Part shown: one piece after another, positions 24,481-37,384 of the stretch
Layout of the letters: every line of letters begins with the position of its first letter
Position numbering within the stretch: the first letter of the stretch is position 1
Source: Octopus bimaculoides
Lineage: Eukaryota
NCBI RefSeq assembly: GCF_001194135.2
Contig: NC_068998.1
Span: forward strand, 48,517,215 to 48,581,214
Direction of reading: 5' to 3'
Length of the DNA: 64,000 nucleotides
Made by a program: the position numbers and the translations under genes
Notes under the pieces: generated by a model
Seen by the model: only the letters and a program-made list of their open reading frames with translations
The model's database searches: none
Told to the model about the DNA's origin: nothing

Positions 24481-26014
24481 CCTATCTCTCAGTGCAGTGA
24501 CATTCTTTATCATTCAGTGAATAAGAAACAAAATGAAAGTCCTCACATGAGTTCGATGTTTTACCTTGTAACAGCGACTTAACTGCAATGAATAATGAAT
24601 AATGAATAATGAAGATGGAGGCAGCTTAGAATGGTTGCTCAGCGATGATATTGATTTGTTTTGAGTAGACACACAGACAAGATTTATAACAAAGCAAGTA
24701 AATTCTCTTAATTACCTCTTAATTACTAGTAATTAAGGGATTTCCGTAACTCAGGATATTCCTCTGGCATTTATGCATCATGTATGATACACGTTATCAA
24801 TTCTTTTCCAATTGCCAGCGTAACTTGGGACTTGTGGAAAGAAATCTTCATATGGCTCAGATATTATGAAACAAGGGTAATCTAAAAATCCGAAAACCAG
24901 CATGATGTTTGAACAAATTTGTGAAAATGCTGTGGATAGGAAAGGATTAATTCTTTGTTGTATTTCAGGAGAAATTTATTGAGTGTCCTTGTAATGTTTT
25001 CTCTTTTATTGACCTTGTGGCGAATAATAAACCAATAAATTATTGATTTTGTTGTTTAACTCATTTACTGTCCTCTGTATTACATATGATGGGACATATT
25101 TCCTTGGCACCCATGCTTCGTATATGATACGCATTCACCAATTTTTTTTTCAACCACTACAGTGTTACGGTTACTGCACGAAAAGGAAACAGTCCTCGTT
25201 AAACAAAACAGGTTTGGACAATAATAGTTATGTATTGAGAAATATGGTAAAAGTTTTACAATAATGGCAGTACAGAGTTGTTACAAAATAACTGAGTCAA
25301 GGAAAGACTTCCTCCCCACCACCACCCATTTTCTCACAAATTATTGTTGTTTTTTTTTTTCTTTGCCAAAAACCCATGTTTTCAGATACAGAGATTCTGG
25401 AAAATTGCCAAAAATGTGGGGATCTCCTATCCTATTCCTGTCCCTACACTAAGATATAAGGTCTTCTTACCTTGTCTATACACTAAAATATTGGGTCCTC
25501 TTACCTTGTCCCTGCACCAAAAAATAGTCCTTTCACCTTGTTAAACAAAAGAATAAAAAATCTAACATGCCTGACATAATCTCTTAGTTTGGGGTTCAAA
25601 TTTTGCCTCATCCGACTGATACTTCTCACTCTCTGGGTCTCACCAAAATAAAATACATGTTATTGTTGTAGTGTCTGATGTTATGTTTGTTGTAACACAA
25701 CCAAAATGAGGGCAGAGAAAGCAGTCTAGTTGGTTGATAACACCTACCAAGAACTGATCAGAATAGTGATGACCCACTCACTTTCGACGCCCGTATAGAA
25801 AGTGGGTGCGCAGATGGAAAATAATAATGACGTTGTTGTCGCTGTTGCAGTTATTGTTCTTACTCCCACAACACTGGGATTGACAATCGCTTTTATTGTT
25901 GTTGCGTAGACCTCGATCAGGCATCATTTAGCAGAGCTATAGTCAAAGGTGTTGCTTACATGATCATTCTATCTGTATACAGGTGTTAGGTATCCCAGGA
26001 TACCTTCACATGAC

Positions 26015-27000
26015 AGCTGTGTTCACTAGGTCAATAGTTCAATAAGCTAACATGACAACATGGTCATTCAATCAGTTGTTCAATACTCTACCTTGAGACA
26101 GCATTCACTAGGTCAGTAGTTCAATACCCTAACATGACACTGTGATCATTAGACCTCTAGTTCATACCCAAACATAACAGTGCGTTCACTAGAGATCACT
26201 AGTTCAATACCCAAACATAACAGTGCGTTCACTAGAGATCACTAGTTCATACCCAAACATAACAGTGCGTTCACTAGAGATCACTAGTTCAATACCCAAA
26301 CATAACAGTGTGTTCACTAGAGATCACTAGTTCATACCCAAACATAACAGTGCGTTCACTAGAGATCACTAGTTCAATACCCAAACATAACAGTGCGTTC
26401 ACTAGAGGTCACTAGTTCAATACCCAAACATGATACTGTGTTCACTAGACCTCTAGTTCAATACCCAAATATAAGTGTGTTCAATAGATTTCTAGTTCAA
26501 TACCGTAACATGACATTGTGTTCACTAGATCAGTAGTTCAATACAATAACCTAAGGTGCTGTTCACTAGCTCAGTAGTTCAATAGCCTAACAGGGCACTG
26601 CATTAACCACATCTATAGCTAAGTATCCTAACATAATACTGTCTCCACTAGGTCACTGGTTCAATACCCAAACAGGACACTTCAATACTCTAATTTGAGA
26701 TCCTGTTCACTAGATCGCTAAAACTCTAAACTGAGAATGTTCACTTGGACAATAGTTCAAATACTCTAATAGGACACTGCGTTCACTAGGCCAGTACCTC
26801 AGTATCCTAACCTGAAACCTGTGTTCACAAGATCAGTAGTTCAAACCTGAGACTGTTCACTAGGTCAGTAGTTGAACACCCTAATAGGACATTGTGTTTA
26901 CTAGGTTAGTAGTTCAATACCCTAACATAACACCAGTGTTCACTGGGCCAGTAGTTCAATACCCAGAGATATTGTTCACTAGATCACTAGTTCAAACACC
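26015..27000. repeat. 42-43-bp minisatellite, about 23 units
   Basis: Unit cagtgcgttcactagagatcactagttcaatacccaaacataa; near-identical at 26160-26430 and degenerate outward. Confidence 0.92.
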
Positions 27001-27619
27001 CACAACCTGAGAGCACCGCGTTTGATATAATCGAGGTAGACCCAACCGGTACTTGGTGGTCTTGTGCCAAAATTTGAAACTAATATTTACAAAAATGACT
27101 TATTGAATAATATGGAGTTATTATATGGGCATGAGGGCTAGAGATTTAGAGGCATTCAGGCCTTGCTAAGTAGAGGTGATAGGGAATATCAACAGGTTGA
27201 AATTGAAACTGGGTTGTTTGTTGTTGTAATGTTGTCGGCTCGAGATGAAAGGTGTTGATAATGTATACACACTGTTGATAGTCCGGAAACTGCAGTGTTT
27301 GTTCTGAGATAGTATCGCATATGGACTTGCTGTGTTAAAAACACAAATAGATATCTGAGAGAGACAGACAGACAGAGACAGTGGGAAGGAGGGAGGGAGA
27401 TGAAAATTCATCCAAGAAGAGGAAGAAGGTGTAGAAGAGGAAAGAGGAGGGGGAGCAGGAGGAGGAAGAACAGGAACAAGAGGAGGGGCAACAGCAACAG
27501 CAGGAGGAGGAGGAGGAGGTGGTGGAGGAGGAGGTGGAGGAGGTGGATGAAGAGGAGGGTGGATTGGGGATGGTTAATAAGTCTATGAAGAAAATTGGGG
27601 AAAAGATTTAGATACAGAC

Positions 27620-27790
27620 ATGGCTGTGTGCTAAGAGGCTTGCTTTCCATCCAAGCAGTTTCCGGTTCAGTTCCAGTGCATGGCACCTCGGGCAAGTATT
27701 TTCTACCATAGCTTCAGGCTACCCAAAGCTTTTTATCAGTGGATTTGGTAGACAGAAAATGAAAAGAAGCTTGTCGTGTGCGTAAATATG
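27620..27790 (+). mobile_element. Family B SINE 5' half
   Basis: ggctgtgtgctaagaggcttgctttccatcc...gttcagttcc...cacctcgggcaagt...gtggatttggtagacagaaaatgaaaagaagc. Confidence 0.75.
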
Positions 27791-28904
27791 TGTGTGTGCG
27801 TGTGGATATAGGAGAAAGGAATAAAAAATAAGAGAGTGGTAAAAGAATGAGAATAAAACAAAAATAAAAACATAAATAAAAATTATAATAAAATTAATAA
27901 AATAAGGTAAAAATAAAGGTAATGGGAGATATATTATAAATGGGTTTTGTGAGTGAGTATGCATGGGAGAGAGGAGAAAGGGAATAAAAATAAGCTAAGA
28001 TAGAGGTAACAGGGTAAAGAATAAAAATAAAAATAAATAAAAGTAAACAGTATTGTATGGGGGTTAGAGGTCAAACGTTAAAGTTTCAGTAGAGTGGAGG
28101 GGTGGAAGGCCAATCAAGGTAAGGTTATAAGGACAATAATTTAGTGCAGGTATTTAAAATTGTATTCCAAGTTTAATAGCAATAAAATTATATGAAATAA
28201 AGGATTAAGAATTGAAATTAAAACACAAAATTAGAATTTAAAAAAAACAAAAAAAACACAAAAACTAAAATTTAAAAGTTACTGAGTTGAAACTAGGTAG
28301 TTTCTAAGATACTTATATTGATAGAGAGGTAGGGGAAAATAAGAGTGTACACACACACACACGGGGGGGTAGCTGATGAAGGAAAATGTTCTCTATGTGG
28401 CCTGTGTGTGTTCTGTACTCTGGTTATTATTATTTTTTTGTCTACGTTTTATTTGCAATGTCCTGTACCCAGATATGCACCTATATATACAGGTAGACGT
28501 AGGTATGCACATACCTGTACATATATATGCATATACTCATTTANNNNNNNNNNNNNNNNNNNNNNNNNNNNNNNNNNNNNNNNNNNNNNNNNNNNNNNNN
28601 NNNNNNNNNNNNNNNNNNNNNNNNNNNNNNNNNNNNNNNNNNNNNNNNNNNNNNNNNNNNNNNNNNNNNNNNNNNNNNNNNNNNNNNNNNNNNNNNNNNN
28701 NNNNNNNNNNNNNNNNNNNNNNNNNNNNNNNNNNNNNNNNNNNNNNNNNNNNNNNNNNNNNNNNNNNNNNNNNNNNNNNNNNNNNNNNNNNNNNNNNNNN
28801 NNNNNNNNNNNNNNNNNNNNNNNNNNNNNNNNNNNNNNNNNNNNNNNNNNNNNNNNNNNNNNNNNNNNNNNNNNNNNNNNNNNNNNNNNNNNNNNNNCCA
28901 TGGA

Positions 28905-28947
28905 ACATGGAATATGGATGTTAACGTTTAACATCCATGTTCCATGT
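28905..28947. repeat. 20-bp-arm hairpin with a 3-nt loop, next to a gap
   Basis: acatggaatatggatgttaa-cgt-ttaacatccatgttccatgt, one G-T wobble. Confidence 0.85.
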
Positions 28948-28985
28948 GTGGGACGGTACCTCAAAAGCCAGCCAGGTCAAAGCCT

Positions 28986-29039
<54 letters not shown>

Positions 29040-29225
29040 GCATTTCATCATGTTGAACTGTTAATCGCTACACATTTTTTTCCTCTCATCCCTTTCTGTC
29101 AAAGAGCGTAAGCTCAAAACATCAAAGACTTTTCCATTCTACCCGACTGTCAAACTAATACACCTGCTTGTTGTTCCCTCACCTGTGTTCATCTCTTGTT
29201 TTCTGTAAACTTGAACTATGCTCAT
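29040..29225 (+). mobile_element. Putative Penelope-like element end with a decayed hammerhead-like motif
   Basis: 29092-29128 reads cttt-CTGTCAA-A-GAGC-gtaa-GCTC-AAAAC-ATC-aaag; lies between (TA)/(CA) and (AG) microsatellites. Confidence 0.5.
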
Positions 29226-29228
29226 TAC

Positions 29229-29283
<55 letters not shown>

Positions 29284-29698
29284 TGCTTATACAAACACAC
29301 ACTTGTACAGACAAACATAAACATCCTAGTATGAAGAAAATCCCTAATGGTAAGCTTGTTCTATATTGCAGGAGTGTAATTCACTGTGTGTTAATGTTCA
29401 GTATGTGGACACTTGAAATATGTAATATATTCCACTTGATAAGACGTCTCAAATATTTCACTCACACACACGCACATACACACACACTCCTACCTAGAAC
29501 ACCAGCAACAACAACAAAATGTACAATAAACAAATAAACAATATATATATGAATGATTTAAGAGAGGTGTGTATGCATATGTAATATCATTATTGCCAGC
29601 GTATATAAACAGATGGGAGTGGTCCAATATTCACATGTATACAGCTAAACACACAAATATGAACTCACACATACATGTCACACCTCACCACACCACAC

Positions 29699-29755
<57 letters not shown>

Positions 29756-30479
29756 GTGTAAAAGTTTCAAGCAGTGATGTTAATTGAGTTAGGAAATGTG
29801 TTAACAAGTGGTTATTTCTTCCATTTGGCAGCTTTACTTGATAGAATTGCCGTTCAGCTTATGACCAGGATATGGTTTCATTTGCTGTTTGAAGACACTT
29901 CACCATATTTCTGCTGCCAACGCAAATGACAACAGTAGAAATGCCACTGCATTTCCCCTGAAGTACAGGACTTTTCTTCCCTTCCCATTTCCGCTGTTTT
30001 TTCTGTCTTGCAAACCAGTACACGCTGAAATGCAGTTGGTGTTAAGAGTTAAGAAGAGCATCCAGCCATAGAAAACGTGCTGAAGCCCACAATAAAACTT
30101 GGCACAACCTTGCAGCTCACCACTGCATAAACTTAAAATACAAGACCTTTGCGTTTTGTCTCTTGCCATTCTTTTTCTGTATTACAACCCACTTGACAAT
30201 CTCACTACTGCTGATGGCTTGAAAATAAAAAAAAAAAAGCACCCAGAACACACCATAAGATGTTTGGCGTTAGAAAGGGCATCTAGACATAGAAAACTTA
30301 TCAAAGCTGACACTGCAGTTTGCTGTGTTCTATCAAATGGTTCAACTCATGCCAGCATGGAAAACGGATGTTAAATGACAATGACGATGATGATGACTCG
30401 TGCGTTAAAAATAGTATCTTCATAGGGACACAGATTCAGATTTAAAGAAGAAAGATGAAACTAAGATGTAAAATAGACA

Positions 30480-30905
30480 TCTGTGGCTATGTGGTAAGAA
30501 GTTTGCTTCCCAACCACATGGTTCTAGGTTCAGTCCCACTGGGTGGCACCTTGGGCAAGTGTCTTCTGTTATAGCACGAACCAATCAAAACCTTACGAAC
30601 TGAGAGGAAAGAAGTCTGGTATGTGTGTGTGCGCGTGTGCATGTGTGCTTGAGTGTCTCCTTGACTCTGATAGTTGTAAATGATTGATTATCGTCATTAA
30701 TGCAGTGCTCTTCATTTCCAGTCTGCCATGACAAACATGTCTGGCCACGGGGGAAATATTCACCTCACCTGGGAACAGGTGAGGGCTGGAAAAAAGGATG
30801 GGCATCCAGCCGTAGAAAATCCACCTCAGCAAATTCTATTCAATCCATGACAACATGGAAAAGTGGATCTTAAAATGATGAAGATGACGATGATGATAAC
30901 GTTGA
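30480..30905 (+). mobile_element. Composite SINE: family B head, distinct body, RTE-type tail
   Basis: Head ggctatgtggtaagaagtttgcttcccaaccacatgg; body ...ggaaatattcacctcacctgggaacaggtgagggctgg...ggcatccagccgtagaaaatccacctc; (TGA) tail. The body also occurs at 43620-43770 and 48790-48960 on the minus strand. Confidence 0.65.
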
Positions 30906-31774
30906 TGATGTCGATGATGATGATACATCAGTTTTTGGCAGTGTGCAATTTGTGCATGCTTATATTCAACATCAGCTTTTGGGGAATATACAATATACAA
31001 TTCTGTGTGTATATATTCTGTATGGGTTTTTGGGAAAGTACATTTGCGTGTGTATAAACTTTACATCAGTTTTTGGCAGTGTACAGATTGTGTATGTATA
31101 TATTCTGCCTAAGTTTTGCTTTACTCTGGCATTTGTCTTGTTTCTTGGGGTGTTCTAGTGTTCTGTCTATTGTTTATGTTATATTCTTGTGTGTAGTGGT
31201 GATGGTGGTGGTGTGACTAAGTGCAGTCAGTGTTGCGTGTGAGCTGGTGGTGGCAGCGGCGGTGGCAGTGTGTGGGATGTTATTATTTTTAGTCGAATCT
31301 AAGGTAGAAAGCTGGCAGAGTCATTACTCTGTCGGACAAAAATGCTTAGCATTTCTCCTGGCTCTGCTGAATTTGATTTTGCTTTGCATCCTTTTAGGGG
31401 TCGATATAAAATAAGTACCAATTTAACAAAAACCATATCAAAAAGCCGCCAGTTTTTCTGTCAGTTTGCGAACTTCCACTTATCAATTAACGAAACGCAA
31501 TTCTCATATTAATTTCATAAAGTCATCACTGGAGCAAATATCACTGCAGGTTGTACCCAACATTAAAGTGTTGTCACCTTGGTATAACTTCATTAAGGCT
31601 CTGTCCTCAGCCTACTTCTGTTCAATGTCAGCATCTACCACTTCTTCCCTAAATGTGTTGACCATTTGCCAACACTTCAAACCCTTATTTTCAGTCATAT
31701 TCTGCCAGTCAACTTTTGCTTTACATCATTCCAGATTTGAGAGATTAGATAAAGTATCATAGTGGATAAAGGAT

Positions 31775-31872
31775 AAAGGCCCTTCCCAAGTCGTACAGAC
31801 TCATAACGGCTGGTTTCCAGGTTTCCATGGCATATGTATTCCCCACCTGGATGGGACACCATTCCGTCACAA
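31775..31872 (-). mobile_element. SINE fragment with a V-domain-like block
   Basis: cacctggatgggacaccattccgtcac resembles the reverse complement of the V-SINE core GGACTGGCGTCCCGTCCAGGG (recalled). Confidence 0.45.
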
Positions 31873-31998
31873 GTTTCTACAGCTGGGTGCCCTTCCTAAT
31901 ACCCACCACCCTAAGAGTGTAGTGGGTGCTCTTTACATGCCACCGGCACAGGTGCCAGTTACAAAATACTGACATCAGGCATGACTACAATCTTATCA

Positions 31999-32037
<39 letters not shown>

Positions 32038-32365
32038 NNNNNNNNNNNNNNNNNNNNNNNNNNNNNNNNNNNNNNNNNNNNNNNNNNNNNNNNNNNNNNN
32101 NNNNNNNNNNNNNNNNNNNNNNNNNNNNNNNNNNNNNNNNNNNNNNNNNNNNNNNNNNNNNNNNNNNNNNNNNNNNNNNNNNNNNNNNNNNNNNNNNNNN
32201 NNNNAACTATAGTAAAAAAAACTATTGCTCGAGGTTCCGTGCACTGAGATTGAACTGAGAACCATGTGGTTGGAAAGCAAACTTCTTACCACACAGCCAT
32301 GCTTGAGCCTATATATTTGGTGTGTCAAATGTATGTGTGCTGGAGTGAGAGATTGTTGGTATATG

Positions 32366-32406
<41 letters not shown>

Positions 32407-32864
32407 ATGGGTGTATGTGTAAAAGACAGAGCATATGTGTGCGTGTACATAACAAAGCTAGAAAGAGAGAAAAAAAATGTTTATTTACGATTTGACTAGT
32501 TTTAAAGTGGAGCCCGGCTGTGTCTGTATAAACCTATCATTTTATGACAACAATAATATTATTTTACACACAATCACAGTTTCTCAACAAACTCTGCCCA
32601 GACTGAATCGGTAAACATTTATTTTCCCCTCATTCAGCTTTAACATGACAGTAATCTCAACACTTTACTATCAATCATCTAGTAGCACGACTACCACGTA
32701 GGAGCTACATTCAATACACCATGTGGGGGTTGCATTTAATATTAAATGGGACTTAGTCTCAAATGCCATGTGGGAGATACCATATTATATAGGCGTGTTA
32801 TTCTCACCATAACTTGTTGGGGTTGTACTCCATATGGCATCTAGGAGTTGCACTCACTATACCA

Positions 32865-33125
32865 TCAACATCATCATCATCATCATTTAATGTCCATCTT
32901 CCATGATGGCACAGGTTGGATGGTCTGACAGGAGCTGACAAGCCAGAGTGCTTCACCAGGCTCCAAATGTCTGTTTTGGCATGGTTTCTATGGCTGGATG
33001 CCCTTCCTAATGTCAACCACATAACAGAGTTTACTGGGAGCTTTCTAACTGGCACCAACACAGGTGCTTTATACGTGGGCCCAGCACGTGGCACCAGCAG
33101 GGTCACCAAGTAGCTTGCAAGACAT
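32865..33125 (-). mobile_element. Family C LINE 3' end, diverged
   Basis: (CAT)n ttaatgtccatcttccatgatggc...ggatgcccttcctaatgtcaaccac...gggtcaccaagtagcttgcaagac. Confidence 0.75.
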
Positions 33126-33377
33126 AGATTTCTAGGCTGAGAAAGGGAGTGGCACCAAGGGAGGTGGCTGTGAGCCAGGTGAGAGGTTGAAGCAGCATTT
33201 CTAAACCGGGGTTCTCCAGAACCCTAGGGTCCCACAAATGGTTCCTAGGGGTTCCGCAAGAAGGAGTGAGATAAGCCAATGCTAATTTCATGAATGTAAT
33301 ATTACTAATCATGCACAACATCCTATGTAACCTATTATGTTATCAAAAGAATCCGTAATTTATGGACACCCCATATA

Positions 33378-33774
33378 TCATCATCATCATCATCATCGTT
33401 TAACGTCCGCTTTCCATGCTAGCATGGGTTGGACGATTTGACTGAGGACTGGTGAAACCGGATGGCAACACCAGGCTCCAATCTAATTTGGCAGAGTTTC
33501 TACAGCTGGATGCCCTTCCTAACGCCAACCACTCAGAGAGTGTAGTGGGTGCTTTTACGTGTCACCCGCACGAAAACGGCCACGCTCGAAATGGTGTCTT
33601 TTATGTGCCACCCGNNNNNNNNNNNNNNNNNNNNNNNNNNNNNNNNNNNNNNNNNNNNNNNNNNNNNNNNNNNNNNNNNNNNNNNNNNNNNNNNNNNNNN
33701 NNNNNNNNNNNNNNNNNNNNNNNNNNNNNNNNNNNNNNNNNNNNNNNNNNNNNGCATCTCATGTGCCACCCGTA

Positions 33775-33780
<6 letters not shown>
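33378..33780 (-). mobile_element. Young family C LINE 3' end spanning a gap
   Basis: Near-identical to 9308-9520. Confidence 0.8.
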
Positions 33781-33813
<33 letters not shown>

Positions 33814-34594
33814 TTACCATGTGAACTATGATGAAAAAATATGAGAAAGATATGGTATATATTTTTTTTTGTGCAAGGGTTCCTTGAGACGTGTAATTTA
33901 TTTTAAGGGTTACACAAAGGTAAAAAGATCGACTTTGCCTTTCATCCTTTTGCAGGGTCAATAAATTAAGTACCAGTTGCATACTGGTCGATCTAATTGA
34001 CAGCCCCCCCCCCAAAAAGAATTTCGAGCCTTGTGTCTGGATTAGAGAAAAATATGTGAAGCATCCTCTGTTTGGCGAACACTGAAGCAATGGATTGAAA
34101 TATCAATGTAAAGTATCTTTACATTTAAAGAGTTTATTATGAGTGGAGTAGTTTTTAACTTAACTTATGGGCTTGGTTGGCACCGGTTAATCTAAGGCAA
34201 TGATACAAAGTACTTGCCGAAAGGTGCCATGCAGCAGTTGTGAACCCACAAACTATGTGAATGCAAAGCAAATTTTTTCAAGCTCATTGCAATCCTTTGC
34301 CCATTCATAGATAAGAGCTAAATCTAAGCCATCATGCTTATCTAAAACAGATATCAATAGCCTAGGTCTATCCTCAACTGCCTCAAGTACCGTTTTATCA
34401 GGCATATAAGTCGCCAGAGTCTATAGTGTAAACATGCAGTGCAAACACTCAGACATCATCGCTATCTTTGCAAATCCGGTTGTATTTCACATGTGATTTT
34501 TGGTCCTCCAAAATTGTCAAGGTGTTGATCTACCATGGTTTAGCTGTAAATTTTGATCTGAGAATTTCAACTTGTATGTCAGAGAATACAGTAT

Positions 34595-34995
34595 CATTAC
34601 CATCACCATCATCATCATTATTATTTAATGTCCATTGTCCATGCTGGCATGAGTTGGGCAACTTGACCAGGCTGTCAAGCTGAAAAGCTGCACAAGACTT
34701 CAGTCTGATTTGACATGGTTTTCCACAGCTGGGTGCTAATGCCAATTACTCCAAGAGTGTAAAGAGTGCTTTTATGTGCCACTGGCACGAGTGCCATTTG
34801 TGCGACACCGGGGTGCTTTTATGTGCCACCAGCACAGGTGCCAGTTTGTGTGACACTGGTATCAGCCACGACTGTGATTTTGCTTGGCTTGATGGGTCTT
34901 CTTCTCAAGCACGAGATAATGCCAAAGGTCTTGGTCGTTGCCTCTGTGAGGCCCAACGCTCAAAAGGAACTCAGCCACTTTGCATCCATGAGGCC
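34595..34995 (-). mobile_element. RTE LINE 3' end including the ORF2 C-terminus
   Basis: Minus strand encodes a frameshifted LGLTEA../DQDLWHYLVLEKKTHQAK, followed by the family C UTR and tail. Confidence 0.7.
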
Positions 34996-35044
34996 CAACA
35001 CTCAATGCCCGAAAGAAATATAAATATACAAATATAAAACACAT

Positions 35045-35205
35045 ATATACGACAGGCTTCTTTCAGTTTCCATCGACCAAATCCACTCACAAGGCTTTGG
35101 TCGGCCCGAGGCTATAGTAGAAGACACTTGCCCAAGGTGCCACGCAGTGGGAATGAACCCGGAACCATGTGGTTGGTAAGCAAGCTACTTACCACGCAGC
35201 CACTC
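35045..35205 (-). mobile_element. Young family B SINE 5' half
   Basis: acgacaggcttctttcagtttccatcgaccaaatccactcacaaggctttggtcggcccgaggc...accacgcagccactcc. Confidence 0.85.
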
Positions 35206-35516
35206 CAGAAATTGTTGCCACTTTTAATATACAAGTTCAATATGTAATCTCCTGTCCATCCTGACCTGGTCAATAGCTGAAAATGGAAGGGTTCCCCCAG
35301 CAGTGACAAGTACAAATGCATCTAATTTCTCAGAACTAGTCATTTACTAACGAGTTAGCATGTTGCCTTAACATAAATGATGGTGATGATGATGATGATG
35401 ATGATACAGTATTAGATGTGACTACATTGTGGCTGGTCACATCTCACTGACCACTTGAATAACATAGTGAGTGCCTGTGTGAAGGGAAGACAAATATGTG
35501 TGATGACAGGTGTGGA

Positions 35517-35547
<31 letters not shown>

Positions 35548-36381
35548 GACAGGTGTATATCCATTTGTGTGTATGTGTGTGTAAAGACTACATGTGAGTG
35601 TGTGACTGTGTGTGCGTGTGTGTGTGTGTGTGTGTGTAATGACAGGTGTGAATGAGGGATGAAGACTGGTGAATGTCAGNNNNNNNNNNNNNNNNNNNNN
35701 NNNNNNNNNNNNNNNNNNNNNNNNNNNNNNNNNNNNNNNNNNNNNNNNNNNNNNNNNNNNNNNNNNNNNNNNNNNNNNNNNNNNNNNNNNNNNNNNNNNN
35801 NNNNNNNNNNNNNNNNNNNNNNNNNNNNNNNNNNNNNNNNNNNNNNNNNNNNNNNNNNNNNNNNNNNNNNNNNNNNNNNNNNNNNNNNNNNNNNNNNNNN
35901 NNNNNNNNNNNNNNNNNNNNNNNNNNNNNNNNNNNNNNNNNNNNNNNNNNNNNNNNNNNNNNNNNNNNNNNNNNNNNNNNNNNNNNNNNNNNNNNNNNNN
36001 NNNNNNNNNNNNNNNNNNNNNNNNNNNNNNNNNNNNNNNNNNNNNNNNNNNNNNNNNNNNNNNNNNNNNNNNNNNNNNNNNNNNNNNNNNNNNNNNNNNN
36101 NNNNNNNNNNNNNNNNNNNNNNNNNNNNNNNNNNNNNNNNNNNNNNNNNNNNNNNNNNNNNNNNNNNNNNNNNNNNNNNNNNNNNNNNNNNNNNNNNNNN
36201 NNNNNNNNNNNNNNNNNNNNNNNNNNNNNNNNNNNNNNNNNNNNNNNNATTGTATCGTTATTGTCTTCTCCACCTACAGCCCAACTACACAACAAACTTC
36301 TCTCTCCCTCCCTCTCTCTCACTGCCACTGACCAAACGCAAAGATCTTCAGCCAATGGAAATACACTATACAGACACACAG

Positions 36382-36815
36382 ACACACAGACATCATCATC
36401 ATCATTTAATGTCTGCTTTCTATGCTGGCATGTGTTGGATAGTTTGACAGGAGTTGGCTAGGCAGAAGACTACACCAGCCTTCAGTGACTGTTTTTTTTT
36501 TCCATGGTCTTTTACAGCTGGATGCCCTTCCTAACACTAACCACCCTGCAGAGTTGACCGAGTGCTTTTTACATGCCACCTCCACAGTTGAGGTCAGTTT
36601 TGTCATGGTTTTTACAGCTCGATGCCCTTCCAAATGCCAACCACTTTGCAGTGTGGACTAGATGCTTTTTATGTGATACCAGCACAGGTGATGTCAGTTT
36701 CCATAAGGTTTTTACAGCTGGATGCCCATCCGAATACCAACCACTTTACAATGTGTCCTGGATGCTTTTCATGTGGCACCAACACTGACAGGGTCACCAA
36801 GTAACTTCCAAGCCA
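36382..36815 (-). mobile_element. Family C element with a triplicated ~100-bp internal block
   Basis: tttacagct(g/c)gatgccc.tcc.aa...aaccac occurs at about 36512, 36610 and 36712. Confidence 0.75.
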
Positions 36816-36974
36816 AAAAATCTTTTGATACATTTCTATATTAATAAGTAGCAGTAGTAGTAGTAGTAGTACAGAATGTGGTGGTGGCGGTGGTAGTGGA
36901 GTGAGTGAGATGGTTAGATAATTAAGTGTAAACAAAAGAAAAGAAGGAAAAAAAAAACAGAATTAGGAGATGGA

Positions 36975-37200
36975 GAGGAATGGTCTGTTGTGGTCTTTAT
37001 GTTCTCCTCTCGTCCTAGAAGTGGCACAATCCTGTGATTTGATCTCGCTTCGCCAGTATTCGTCAGCTGATAGCTTTAAACACCAGATAGTCTTTCAGTT
37101 CCTGTGTCTCATCTGTCATTAAACATTCCACAGATCAGTCTTAACTCATTTTTCTCGACCCTCCTCTCCCATGACTTCCACCTCTCAGTAACATTACACG
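36975..37200 (-). mobile_element. Decayed RTE LINE ORF2 C-terminal fragment
   Basis: Frameshifted EVEVMG.RGR..MS...MTDETQE, resembling the RTE end; weak. Confidence 0.4.
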
Positions 37201-37384
37201 GCTTCACACACAAATTCGTGCAGTCTGTCTTGGAAATAGAGAATCCAATTGTTGCTGTGGTTGTTATTATTTAGTTCAAGATAGGCTTTGACTGAGCAGA
37301 CTTTACGATCAAAGGCCTTCGGGTCATACCCATCCCACTTCCCTAACTTTTGCAGTCATTCTTCATTTGCTGGTGATAGCGTAT

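Noticed and set aside
26015-27000. CRISPR array (also considered for 24055-24480)
   Set aside because: No unique spacers of constant length, no cas genes, and a eukaryotic context.
31460-31750. Minus-strand frame NMTENKGLKCWQMVNTFREEVV...
   Set aside because: It has in-frame stops, no recognisable motif and no splice support.
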